In this document: positions 55,115 to 64,000 of the stretch, piece after piece | Position numbering within the stretch: position 1 is the stretch's first letter | Layout of the letters: every line of letters begins with the position of its first letter | Assembly: GCA_030695905.1 (NCBI GenBank) | Contig: JAUYOL010000015.1 | Span: forward strand, 8,518 to 72,517 | Direction: 5' to 3' | Length of the DNA stretch: 64,000 nt | Origin: Candidatus Omnitrophota bacterium | GTDB taxonomy: Bacteria > Omnitrophota > Gorgyraeia > 2-01-FULL-45-10 | Translations under genes and position numbers: made by a program | The notes under the pieces: generated by a model | Databases searched by the model: none | What the model was told of the DNA's origin: nothing | What the model saw: the letters and a program-made list of their open reading frames with translations, nothing else

Positions 55115-55125
55115 AGAATAAAAAT

Positions 55126-56265
55126 ATGTCTTTAAAGCAGACCAGGGTCTGGAAGTTTTTTTCTTCGATAAAGCTGGCCATATGGTTACTCGCTATAATC
55201 GCCGCGCTTTCTTTGCTGGGCACATTTATCCCGCAAAATCAGGAAGCCTCCTTTTACATCGATAAATATGGACATTCTGGGTATAGGGCCTTGCTGGAGA
55301 CCGGCCTAACCGACGTCTATTCTTCTTTCTGGTTTGTACTTCTCCTGGTGCTTTTCTCAATAAACCTGATCGTGTGTCTTATAAACAGGATCTCCCTTAA
55401 GATGCGCATGCTGGGGTCTATACTATCCCACGCCAGTATCCTGATAATATTGATAGGTGCTCTTATAGGCATATTCTTCGGCCAAAAAGGGCTTGTAAAA
55501 ATAAGCGACGGTGAAGAGGTGAGTTCTTTTACCACCCAGGATAAAAAGCGTGTTGACCTGGGGTTTTCGGTAAGGCTTGATAAATTTATCTATAGCGAGC
55601 ACATCGACCCGAAAGAAAAATTATTAGTTTGTCCCGTTAAAAATACCGTCTCTAATGGGGCTGATTCCCCGCAAAGTGATGCATGCTGCAGTAAAGATAG
55701 CCCTCAAAGTTCCGGCAAGAACCAGGGTCTTATAGCGGAGATCCCTACTGAAATAGGCGTAGAGCATGATATTGCGGACACTGGGTATAAGATAAAGATT
55801 CTGCGTTACATCCCTGATTTTGCTATAGATACTGTCACGAAAGTAGCAGCGAGCCGATCGGCTAAGGCAAATAATCCCGCGATACAGGTTCAACTTAATG
55901 ATAAGGCCGGTCAAGTCTCCACATTCTGGGTATTTGCCCGCTTTCCCGACATGCATCAGAAGATGGACCAAAGGTTTAAATTCACATATCATTGGATCGG
56001 CCGTCGGCCGAAAGATTTTATCAGCAAAGTTACCATATTGAAGGCCGGCAAGGAGATTATAACTAAAGATATACGCGTAAATGAACCGCTTCGTTTCGGC
56101 GGATATACTTTTTTTCAGTTCAGTTACGATGCCGAAGATCTTAAGTGGTCGGTCCTTCAGGTAGTTAAAGATCCCGGCGTGGGTGTGGTTTACGCCGGAT
56201 TTATTATGCTCATAGCGGGTCTCATTATCATATTCTATGTCAATCCGCTAACCAGGGGGAGATAA
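55126..56265 (+). CDS. resB: Cytochrome c biogenesis protein ResB/CcsB (system II).
   Basis: The N-terminus ..VWKFFSSIKLAIWLLAIIAALSLLGTFIPQ.. is the classic ResB. A large periplasmic domain and a C-terminal TM. Confidence 0.8.
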   Translation: MSLKQTRVWKFFSSIKLAIWLLAIIAALSLLGTFIPQNQEASFYIDKYGHSGYRALLETGLTDVYSSFWFVLLLVLFSINLIVCLINRISLKMRMLGSILSHASILIILIGALIGIFFGQKGLVKISDGEEVSSFTTQDKKRVDLGFSVRLDKFIYSEHIDPKEKLLVCPVKNTVSNGADSPQSDACCSKDSPQSSGKNQGLIAEIPTEIGVEHDIADTGYKIKILRYIPDFAIDTVTKVAASRSAKANNPAIQVQLNDKAGQVSTFWVFARFPDMHQKMDQRFKFTYHWIGRRPKDFISKVTILKAGKEIITKDIRVNEPLRFGGYTFFQFSYDAEDLKWSVLQVVKDPGVGVVYAGFIMLIAGLIIIFYVNPLTRGR

Positions 56266-56268
56266 GAG

Positions 56269-57042
56269 ATGTCGGCCATGTATATTAATTTCAGTTTCGC
56301 GGTATTTTTTTTAGCCATGATTTTATATGCGGCAGGGCTCTTGTTCAAAAATAAGGCGCTCCCGTTGTTAGCAAAATCTCTCATGGCCTGCGGTATCCTC
56401 AGCCTTTCACTATATATAGGTATCCGCTGGCAGGTTGCCGGCAGGCCGCCATTCAGTAATATGTTTGAATCGCTGGTCGTGCTCAGCTGGGCTATCGCCA
56501 TTACTTCTGTTTTTATCGATATAAAATACAGGATTAAGAATATTGCGGCATTGACGGCTTTGATGAGCTTGCTGGCGATAGGATATGCTTCGTTATTAGA
56601 TAAAGAAATAGTCCCCCTCCTGCCTGCTTTGAAAAGCAACTGGCTTTCCATCCATGTCTTGACCTGCTTCATCGGATATGCTGCTTTAACCGTAGCTTTT
56701 GTTTCAAGCGCCGTGCTTTTGTGCAGGAAAAAAGAGGATATAAGTCTGGATATTGTAAGTTACAAGATGATAACATTCGGATTTTTATTCCTTACACTGG
56801 GCATCATCAGCGGCGCCATATGGGCGAATTCTGCGTGGGGCACTTACTGGAGCTGGGATCCTAAAGAAACATGGTCTTTGATTACCTGGTTTGTCTACGC
56901 CATCTATTTACATATCCGTCTGACGAAAGGATGGAAGGGAAAGCCAGCGGCCTGGCTATCGGTGGCGGGGTTCCTGGCAATGCTCTTTACCTATTTCGGC
57001 GTAAATTATCTATTGCCGGGTTTACATAGTTACTCGGGTTAA
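56269..57042 (+). CDS. ccsA: Cytochrome c assembly protein CcsA/ResC (system II heme lyase).
   Basis: WWD domain WGTYWSWDPKETWSL, and conserved His residues. Confidence 0.85.
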   Translation: MSAMYINFSFAVFFLAMILYAAGLLFKNKALPLLAKSLMACGILSLSLYIGIRWQVAGRPPFSNMFESLVVLSWAIAITSVFIDIKYRIKNIAALTALMSLLAIGYASLLDKEIVPLLPALKSNWLSIHVLTCFIGYAALTVAFVSSAVLLCRKKEDISLDIVSYKMITFGFLFLTLGIISGAIWANSAWGTYWSWDPKETWSLITWFVYAIYLHIRLTKGWKGKPAAWLSVAGFLAMLFTYFGVNYLLPGLHSYSG

Positions 57043-57045
57043 TAC

Positions 57046-57486
57046 ATGGTACAGAAAAAAATTACCAGACGTGAATTTATAAATTACATTTTAGGCGGAT
57101 CCCTTTTGGGCCTGGCGGCAAGCGCCGCGTACTCGATATTCCGTTACATAACACCCCCCGAAGGCACAGAGACCGCAGTTTCGAGCGCAGTAGCGGGCCG
57201 AAAAGGAGAATTGGCTCCCAATTCCGGCAAAATATTTAAATTCGGGGATAAGCCCGGTATATTGATAAATACTTTAGGCGGTGAATTATTAGCCTTTAAT
57301 GCCGTTTGCACTCATCTAAACTGCACCGTCCAGTATGATCCGCAGGCGGCTTGTATCTGGTGCGCGTGCCATAACGGGCGTTTCGACCTGAACGGCAAGG
57401 TGATCTCCGGCCCACCGCCCCGTCCTCTGGAAAAATACGATGTTAATATAAGGGGGGATGATATTGTCGTTTCAAAAAATATATAA
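57046..57486 (+). CDS. Rieske [2Fe-2S] subunit of a cytochrome bc-type complex.
   Basis: Tat signal TRREFI. Box I CTHLNC and box II CACHNGRF. Confidence 0.85.
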   Translation: MVQKKITRREFINYILGGSLLGLAASAAYSIFRYITPPEGTETAVSSAVAGRKGELAPNSGKIFKFGDKPGILINTLGGELLAFNAVCTHLNCTVQYDPQAACIWCACHNGRFDLNGKVISGPPPRPLEKYDVNIRGDDIVVSKNI

Positions 57487-58540
57487 TTGGTTTGATGAGA
57501 GATACCAGATCTCCGGCGTCAGGGATTTTCTCGCGAAAAAGACCGTGCCCGTACATAAGCATTTCGTATGGTATTATTTCGGCGGCATAACGCTGTTTCT
57601 ATTTCTGGTTCAGGTTGTGACAGGAGTGCTCCTGCTTTTTTACTACAAGCCAACCGCCTCCGAGGCGTTTGAGTCTGTAAAATTCATAATGACCAAAGTT
57701 GAATTTGGATGGCTTATACGTTCCATCCATTCCTGGAGCGCTAATCTGATGGTTTTTTCGGCGTTTGTGCATCTCTTTTCTACATTTTTTATGAAATCAT
57801 ACAGGCCGCCGCGTGAGGTGACATGGGTCACGGGCGCATTCCTGTTTTTTATTGCAATGGGACTGGGATTTACAGGGTATTTGCTGCCATGGAACGAGCT
57901 TTCATTTTTTGCCACCAAGGTCGGCACCCAGATAGCCGGTTCGGTACCGGTAGTGGGATCATACCTTCGGACCGTACTTCGCGGTGGAGAAGAGATATCG
58001 GACGCCACTATAACAAGATTTTTTGCATTGCATGTCATGGTGCTTCCTATTGCTATTGTAGCGATGTTGGGACTGCACCTGGCAATGGTACAGGTTCAGG
58101 GGATGAGCGAACCGCTTTCGGTAGCTAAAAGTCCCGAGAAGAAGAGCATGAAGTTCTTTCCTAATTTTTTTTTGAGAGACATAATCGTTTGGCTATTAAT
58201 ATTTGCCGGGCTTCTTGCTTTAAGTGTTATGTTCCCATGGGAGTTGGGCAAGAAAGCAGATCCTTTTGCACCTACCCCGATCGGCATAAAACCTGAATGG
58301 TATTTTGTATGGATGTTCCAGACGTTGAAGATAATCCCGTCCAAGATACTATTATTTGACGGTGAAGTGCTCGGTATTTTAGCGTTTGGCGCGGCCGGAC
58401 TCGCATTGGTTATACTCCCCTTTATGGATATCTGGGCCAGACGTGAAAAGCGCAACCCTTTATTATCGATCTTGGGCGTTTGCGTTATATTATATATGCT
58501 AGTAATGACTTATCTGGCGTACTTCGGTCCGCAAAAGTGA
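57458..58540 (+). CDS. Cytochrome b subunit (fused b6/subunit-IV type) of a bc complex.
   Basis: ..WYYFGGITLFLFLVQVVTGVLL.., heme-ligand His residues in helices B and D, and ..PEWYF.. 360 aa. Confidence 0.85.
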   Translation: MILSFQKIYNWFDERYQISGVRDFLAKKTVPVHKHFVWYYFGGITLFLFLVQVVTGVLLLFYYKPTASEAFESVKFIMTKVEFGWLIRSIHSWSANLMVFSAFVHLFSTFFMKSYRPPREVTWVTGAFLFFIAMGLGFTGYLLPWNELSFFATKVGTQIAGSVPVVGSYLRTVLRGGEEISDATITRFFALHVMVLPIAIVAMLGLHLAMVQVQGMSEPLSVAKSPEKKSMKFFPNFFLRDIIVWLLIFAGLLALSVMFPWELGKKADPFAPTPIGIKPEWYFVWMFQTLKIIPSKILLFDGEVLGILAFGAAGLALVILPFMDIWARREKRNPLLSILGVCVILYMLVMTYLAYFGPQK

Positions 58541-59796
58541 TGAGGGCATTAATGTATAAAAAACTTATATTCATATTCATTATCGTTTTAGCGGCGTCTT
58601 TCGTTGTAAAGTCCGAGGCGGCGGCAAAGGATTATTGTATCGAATGCCACAAGTCATTAGAGGCAAGTGCGAAAGAGCCTACAGACAAGATTGAAGGGGA
58701 TGTTCATTTCAAACGCGGCCTTTCATGTTCCGACTGTCATGGTGGTGACTCCACAAAAGAGGATTTTACGGAGGCAAAAGATACAGGCAAAGGGTTTATC
58801 GGAAAGCCGAAGAGAAACGATATCCCTTTATTCTGTGGCAAGTGCCATGCCGACCCCGCGTATATGCGAAAGTTCAATCCAAACATCCAGACAGACCAGC
58901 TTGCAAAATATAATGAAAGCCAACACGGAAAATTGAATGCCCAGGGTGATCAGAAAGTCGCTGTTTGCGTAAGCTGTCACGACGTTCACGGAATAAGAGA
59001 GAAGAATGATCCTTTGTCACCGATATTCATAACGAACGCGCCGAAACGCTGTGCGTCTTGCCATGCCGATAAAGAATACATGAAAGAATATAGTATACCG
59101 ACGAACCAGATGGAGGAATACGAGCAGGGCGTTCATGGGGAAGCGCTGCTGAAGAAAGGCGATCGCGGCGCACCCGCCTGCCATAGTTGTCACGGTTCTC
59201 ATGACGCGGCACTGCCTCGGGCTATCGCTGTCGGCAATATCTGTGCCCAGTGCCATTCGCTGACACGGGACCTTTTCGCAAAAAGCCCGCACAAAGCGGC
59301 TCATGATAAGCTGGGGATACCCGAATGTGAAGCTTGCCACGGAAATCATAAGATCGTCCGCACATCCGATGACATGCTCGGGACAGGCGAAGGAGGCGTG
59401 TGTGTAAAATGCCATAAGGAGGATTCTGCCGGGTACGCCGTAGCCACGCTGATGAAGAAGGTTATATTAGGATTAAAGGGCGATATAGAAGCTTCGCAAG
59501 CTATAGTTGAGGATGCCGAAAAGTACGGCATGGAGGTCTCGGATACAAAATTCTATCTGGATGAGGCAAAAAATTCCCTAACGAAATCACGCACCTATAT
59601 ACATACCTTTTCAAAAGATAGCGTAGACAGAATAGTGAAAGACGGCATAAGTTCAGCAGATAAAGCAAAGGATAAAGGCAAGCTCGCTATAAGTGAGCTT
59701 GGTTTCAGGCGTAAGTGGCTTGCGGTTGTAGTCGGTATAATATTATTGCTGGCATTTGCGGTTTATCTCAAAATCAGGGGGATGGAGAAGAAATAA
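58540..59796 (+). CDS. Nonaheme c-type cytochrome with a C-terminal membrane anchor (the multiheme subunit of the bc complex).
   Basis: 9 CxxCH (CIECH, CSDCH, CGKCH, CVSCH, CASCH, CHSCH, CAQCH, CEACH, CVKCH) and a C-terminal TM (WLAVVVGIILLLAFAVYL). The start is chosen at the ATGA overlap with the cytochrome b stop; the ATG at 58552 is also possible. Confidence 0.75.
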   Translation: MRALMYKKLIFIFIIVLAASFVVKSEAAAKDYCIECHKSLEASAKEPTDKIEGDVHFKRGLSCSDCHGGDSTKEDFTEAKDTGKGFIGKPKRNDIPLFCGKCHADPAYMRKFNPNIQTDQLAKYNESQHGKLNAQGDQKVAVCVSCHDVHGIREKNDPLSPIFITNAPKRCASCHADKEYMKEYSIPTNQMEEYEQGVHGEALLKKGDRGAPACHSCHGSHDAALPRAIAVGNICAQCHSLTRDLFAKSPHKAAHDKLGIPECEACHGNHKIVRTSDDMLGTGEGGVCVKCHKEDSAGYAVATLMKKVILGLKGDIEASQAIVEDAEKYGMEVSDTKFYLDEAKNSLTKSRTYIHTFSKDSVDRIVKDGISSADKAKDKGKLAISELGFRRKWLAVVVGIILLLAFAVYLKIRGMEKK

Positions 59797-59800
59797 GGTA

Positions 59801-61384
59801 ATGAAGAAAAAAATCCTCCTTATAATAGCGGGAATCGCGTTCTTTTTTATTGCCGGTTTTATTTTTTTCTTTAAATTCTCAACCAGCCCCCAATTCTGCA
59901 GATCCTGCCATATAATGAAACCGTATTATGACTCATGGAAGGCCTCCAAACATAATAAAGTGGCCTGCGTGGATTGTCATTATCCCCCAGCGGGCCATAG
60001 GACACTTTTATGGAAGAAATTTCAGGCTATGTCGCAGATAGTAAAATATATAACTCGGACATATTCATCCAGGCCGTTCGCGGAAATTGACGACAGTGCC
60101 TGTTTGAGAGAGGGCTGCCATTCGAAGCGACTGGTGGAAGGTAAGTTGACATTTGGTAATGGGATAAAATTTGACCACAGGCCGCATCTTACACAGCCGC
60201 GGCGGGACAGGCAGCTGCGTTGCGTATCCTGCCATTCGCAGATCATGGTCGGAAAACACCTCGAGGTTACGCTCGATACTTGTTATCTGTGCCATTTTAA
60301 AGGTATGAAGGGCTCGCGAACGCTTGAGCCTATAGGCGGCTGCATCTCCTGCCATGAATTACCGGAAAAACAATTTATGTTGGGGAACATCAAATACAGG
60401 CATAAAGATTTTGTTAGTGAGCATGGCGTCGAATGTCAAAACTGTCATTTGGATGTGATTCAGGGGGATGGCTCCGCTCCGAAAGAGAGGTGCTATGCCT
60501 GTCATAACCAACCGGACAGGCTGGAAAGATATAGCGATACATCGTTCATCCATGAAAATCATATAACCAAACATAGTATAGCGTGTTTTCATTGTCATAC
60601 AGAGATGAAGCACTCCGTGAAGACAGTAGCGAGAACTCAGAAGCTTGATTGTGCAATGTGTCACGTTGACATGCATTCCGGGCAGAAGGATATGTATGAA
60701 GGGCATGGCGGCGAAGAAGTGGGCGAGATGCCGTCCCCAATGTATTTGGCCCGCGTAGATTGTTTGGGATGCCACATAATAGAGACGCATAGAGGCGAAG
60801 AGTCAGACGAGCGCTTCACCGGTAAGACATTTAAGGCCTCCGAAGCGGGATGCATTAAATGCCATGGCCAGAAATATGCGGGTCTCGTGGCCGACTGGAA
60901 AAAAGAATTAAGATTCGCGCTGGAAGTTATCGATGCCCGGCTTAAGACGACACAGGATATGTTGTCGCAGATTTCGCCAAATGCGCCAAATTTCTCATCG
61001 TTGAATAACCTGTATGACGGCGCGCGTCATAATTATGACTTCGTACGTCTTTCGACCGGGATACACAATATATATTACTCCGCAAAATTGCTGGAAAAAG
61101 TAAACGACGACCTGAATAAGTTAACTAATGAAGCAAAGAAGCCTCTTCCCGAGTCGTCCAAAGCCAGCCTGCTGGATGGCAGTTTCTGTGCTACGCTTTG
61201 CCACGCTAAATTAGACGTTAAAATTCCCGAAGAGGTTAAATATAAGGGTAAAGATATGCCCCATAGTATGCATATTGAACAAGTGGGGGCGTGTGTGAAT
61301 TGCCACACCATAGGCCGCCATAAAGAGATGCCGCTTAAGGAAGATCTTTCTATCTGTAACACCTGCCATGAAAAAGGTATATAG
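59801..61384 (+). CDS. NapC/NrfH-type membrane-anchored multiheme c-type cytochrome (about 13 CxxCH plus 1 CxxxCH).
   Basis: An N-terminal TM followed directly by CRSCH, the NapC/NirT family hallmark. 13 canonical CxxCH motifs plus CATLCH. Confidence 0.8.
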   Translation: MKKKILLIIAGIAFFFIAGFIFFFKFSTSPQFCRSCHIMKPYYDSWKASKHNKVACVDCHYPPAGHRTLLWKKFQAMSQIVKYITRTYSSRPFAEIDDSACLREGCHSKRLVEGKLTFGNGIKFDHRPHLTQPRRDRQLRCVSCHSQIMVGKHLEVTLDTCYLCHFKGMKGSRTLEPIGGCISCHELPEKQFMLGNIKYRHKDFVSEHGVECQNCHLDVIQGDGSAPKERCYACHNQPDRLERYSDTSFIHENHITKHSIACFHCHTEMKHSVKTVARTQKLDCAMCHVDMHSGQKDMYEGHGGEEVGEMPSPMYLARVDCLGCHIIETHRGEESDERFTGKTFKASEAGCIKCHGQKYAGLVADWKKELRFALEVIDARLKTTQDMLSQISPNAPNFSSLNNLYDGARHNYDFVRLSTGIHNIYYSAKLLEKVNDDLNKLTNEAKKPLPESSKASLLDGSFCATLCHAKLDVKIPEEVKYKGKDMPHSMHIEQVGACVNCHTIGRHKEMPLKEDLSICNTCHEKGI

Positions 61385-61389
61385 CAAGT

Positions 61390-63267
61390 ATGTGCATAGA
61401 TAAATTTAAATTTAGTTGCCCTGCTATATTTTTTTTAATAATGTTTTCATCGCTTTGCGCTGCTTCCGCGATTGAAAATTCCGATTGTTTGGAATGTCAT
61501 GAAGATAGTGTACGCTCCGCTTATAATTTATCCGTCCACCGTAAAAATTTATGCACAAGTTGCCATGCAGATATTACCACGCTGCCGCATTCTGAAAAAG
61601 TAAGCAAACCTGTATGCAATCAATGCCATAGACTCGAAACCGAAATCTATAATTCGAGCGACCATGGCGTAGCTTTAAAGGCCGGCGTAGACGAGGCCGC
61701 TTCCTGCCGTAATTGCCACGGTGAACCGCATTCTATCTTAGACTCCCGTAATAAAGACTCGTCGGTCTATCGGGCAAATATTCCCAAAACCTGTGCCTTG
61801 TGCCACGAAGACCAAAAAAGAATGGCAAAATACGAATTAACGGAGAAGATGCCGTATAGATCTTATTCCGAAACAGTCCACGGTAAGGCATTAATAGAAA
61901 AAGGTTTGATCTCAGCCGCTGTCTGTACCGATTGCCATGGCTCGCATGACCTATATTCCATGGCCAACCCCAAATCAAAAATATACCGGACAAACGTTCC
62001 TTCTACCTGTGGGAAATGCCATGAGAACGTATCGAAGACCTATGAGCGCAGTGTTCATGGAAAATCCGTTTTGGCAGGCCGCAGAGAAGCGCCTGTCTGT
62101 ACCGATTGCCACGGCGAACATAGCATAAAGTCCCACAGCGAACCCTCATCGTCGGTATACCCGACCGCCATATCCGAAAAAACCTGCCCGCGCTGTCACG
62201 CGTCGGAAACCGTCATCAGCAAATACCGGCTTCCGGGCAATATGGTAAAGACATATATGGAGAGTTATCATGGCCTTGCAAGCAAAAGCGGGTCCACGGT
62301 AGTCGCAAACTGCGCAAGCTGCCATGGTGTGCACGACATACTGCCGTCAAGCGACCCCAATTCCTCCGTAAACAAAGCTAACCTGCCCCAGACCTGTGGG
62401 AAATGCCATCCGGGAGCGGGGGCAAGATTAGCGAAGGGTTCCGTGCATATCAATCCTTCGGCAACGAGGGATAGGGCGGTATTCTATGTCACTATTTTTT
62501 ATATCTTCCTGATAATTATGACAATAGGCGGGATGAGTATCTATGTTGGCCTGGATTATTTAAGCAGATTAAGAGAGCATTACAAGAGAGTCCGCTCCGA
62601 AGCTAAAATCATGAGATGGACATTTAATGAACGCCTTCAGCATGGCCTGCTTCTTATAACTTTCACTGTCCTTGCATATACCGGTTTTGCCCTGAGGTTC
62701 TCTGACGCGTGGTGGGCGTTCCCATTCACGGTCGTTAAAGGCGGTTTTGACTGGAGGGGGATATTACACAGATGTATGGCGGTAATATTTTGCCTGCTCT
62801 GTGTTTATCACGCAGGATTTTTAATTTTCACGAAGCGGGGCAAGATTGAATTCAAGGCGTTTCTGCCGAGAATGAAGGATTTTGTGGATTTATATAAAAT
62901 GCTTATGTATAATCTTGGTATCTCCAAAGAAAAGCCAAAATTCGAAAGATTTAATTTTATAGAAAAATCCGAATATTGGGCGCTTATTTGGGGAGCGTTA
63001 ATAATGATCGTAACAGGGCTGCTGCTTACTTTTAACAACTTAGCAATGCGGTATTTGCCGAAATGGCTATTGGATGTTGCGGCGACCATACATTTCTATG
63101 AAGCCCTTCTCGCTACACTGGCTATCCTTATCTGGCATTTATATTTTTCGATATTTTCGCCCGAGCATTATCCGATGAATTGGTCCTGGCTTACCGGGAG
63201 GACCACCGAAGATGAACGCCGGGAGAACGATCCTTCAAAGGATAAAGAAAACAAGGCTGATTCATAA
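61390..63267 (+). CDS. Fusion protein: a periplasmic 11-heme c-type cytochrome domain plus a C-terminal di-heme cytochrome b membrane domain (FdnI/HydC-like), CbcL-like.
   Basis: A signal peptide. 11 CxxCH in aa 30-340. Then 5 TM with RWTFNERLQHG (the FdnI/PhsC/HyaC-type motif) and conserved His residues. Confidence 0.75.
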   Translation: MCIDKFKFSCPAIFFLIMFSSLCAASAIENSDCLECHEDSVRSAYNLSVHRKNLCTSCHADITTLPHSEKVSKPVCNQCHRLETEIYNSSDHGVALKAGVDEAASCRNCHGEPHSILDSRNKDSSVYRANIPKTCALCHEDQKRMAKYELTEKMPYRSYSETVHGKALIEKGLISAAVCTDCHGSHDLYSMANPKSKIYRTNVPSTCGKCHENVSKTYERSVHGKSVLAGRREAPVCTDCHGEHSIKSHSEPSSSVYPTAISEKTCPRCHASETVISKYRLPGNMVKTYMESYHGLASKSGSTVVANCASCHGVHDILPSSDPNSSVNKANLPQTCGKCHPGAGARLAKGSVHINPSATRDRAVFYVTIFYIFLIIMTIGGMSIYVGLDYLSRLREHYKRVRSEAKIMRWTFNERLQHGLLLITFTVLAYTGFALRFSDAWWAFPFTVVKGGFDWRGILHRCMAVIFCLLCVYHAGFLIFTKRGKIEFKAFLPRMKDFVDLYKMLMYNLGISKEKPKFERFNFIEKSEYWALIWGALIMIVTGLLLTFNNLAMRYLPKWLLDVAATIHFYEALLATLAILIWHLYFSIFSPEHYPMNWSWLTGRTTEDERRENDPSKDKENKADS

Positions 63268-63276
63268 AATTTAAGA

Positions 63277-63462
63277 ATGGAGGTGGTAAGTATGTTTGGT
63301 AATATAGGAATGCCGGAACTATTTGTTATACTTTTAATTTGTCTTTTAGTCTTTGGCGCGGGAAAATTGCCGGAGATTGGCAAGTCATTTGGTAAGGCTA
63401 TCAACGAATTTAAAAAAGGGATGAAAGAAATAGATTCAGACACGAAGAACGTGGGAAAATAA
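63277..63462 (+). CDS. tatA: Twin-arginine translocase subunit TatA/E.
   Basis: MFGNIGMPELFVILLICLLVFGAGKLPEIGKSFGKAI.., 61 aa, and an RBS ggaggtgg. Confidence 0.85.
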   Translation: MEVVSMFGNIGMPELFVILLICLLVFGAGKLPEIGKSFGKAINEFKKGMKEIDSDTKNVGK

Positions 63463-63478
63463 AAGGTATATCTATTTC

Positions 63479-64000
63479 ATGGATAAAGATTTAACCTTTG
63501 TAGGGCATCTCGAAGAATTGCGCCGCAGGATAATAGTGTCTTTGATATTTATTACCATAGTCAGTGTCCTCGCGTTTCCTTGCGCTTCAAAGATATTGGC
63601 TATCCTGAAAATTCCGAGCGCGGGCTTTATAGGAAAACTTGTTTTTTTTGATCCTCAAGAGGCCTTTTTAATCCATATTAAAATCGCTTTTTTTGCCGGA
63701 TTAGCGGTATCTATGCCTGTAATATTGTATCAATTATGGGCGTTTATCTCTCCTGCCATAGAAACTAATACAAAAAAAATCGGTTCATTATTTTTATTTT
63801 TTTCCGTAGGAGCATTCGCTTCAGGCGTGTCTTTCGGATTTTTTATATTACTTCCGGCAGCCCTTAAGTTTCTGCTTAGCTTCTCCGGGAACAATCTGGA
63901 GCCGTTAATTTCTGCTTCAAATTATATATCTTTTGTGTTAGGCTTGACTTTAGGGTGCGGGCTTGTTTTTGAAATGCCTGTTTTAAGTTTCATATTATCA
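63479..64000 (+). CDS. tatC: Twin-arginine translocase subunit TatC (partial, runs off the window).
   Basis: ..FVGHLEELRRRIIVSLIFI.. is the TatC N-terminus, followed by TM helices. No stop before position 64000. Confidence 0.8.
   Translation, partial: MDKDLTFVGHLEELRRRIIVSLIFITIVSVLAFPCASKILAILKIPSAGFIGKLVFFDPQEAFLIHIKIAFFAGLAVSMPVILYQLWAFISPAIETNTKKIGSLFLFFSVGAFASGVSFGFFILLPAALKFLLSFSGNNLEPLISASNYISFVLGLTLGCGLVFEMPVLSFILS

Noticed and set aside
1-64000. CRISPR arrays, tRNA/rRNA genes, transposases/integrases, prophage genes.
   Set aside because: No run of regularly spaced direct repeats was found. No intergenic gap larger than 125 bp exists other than 4090-4290, which holds a terminator and promoter region with no cloverleaf-like sequence. 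No translation shows DDE, tyrosine- or serine-recombinase or phage structural motifs.

Overview
This 64-kb window appears to come from a compact, moderately low-GC bacterial genome with dense plus-strand coding and frequent ATGA/TTG-type overlapping starts. Gene content suggests an uncultivated anaerobe. Affiliation with something like Omnitrophota is speculation only, prompted by a 2047-aa giant membrane protein, an 11-subunit complex I, the siroheme-dependent (Ahb) heme pathway and many multiheme cytochromes. I annotate about 70 features. (1) The tail of an energy-converting-hydrogenase-related module: a NuoC/D-fused large subunit lacking NiFe-ligating cysteines, plus a NuoB-like small subunit. 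(2) A DEAD-box helicase. (3) A 2047-aa polytopic membrane protein with a C-terminal GH94-like glycoside-phosphorylase region. (4) An accessory-looking cluster with two paralogous GH3-family acyl-acid amido synthetases, an SDR epimerase, an alpha/beta hydrolase, an enolase-superfamily racemase/epimerase and an MFS exporter, which is a candidate conjugate-metabolite biosynthetic cluster. (5) ETF-QO, a nitroreductase, and a small lipoprotein monoheme cytochrome plus an OM beta-barrel, which share a palindromic operator. (6) A minus-strand nuoABCDHIJKLMN operon with no nuoEFG. (7) Quinone prenylation genes. (8) A heme and cytochrome supercluster: sirC-hemX-hemA-hemC-cobA/hemD-ahbC/D-ahbA/B, an octaheme cytochrome plus a 688-aa OM beta-barrel (porin-cytochrome-like), hemL, then an operon encoding a tetraheme cytochrome, ResB/CcsA maturation, Rieske/cytochrome b, and three large multiheme c-type cytochromes of 9, about 14 and 11 hemes. 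The last is fused to a di-heme b membrane domain. tatA and tatC follow. No tRNA, rRNA, CRISPR or transposase was recognised. All functional calls rest on motif-level reading of the translations and need HMM or BLAST confirmation.
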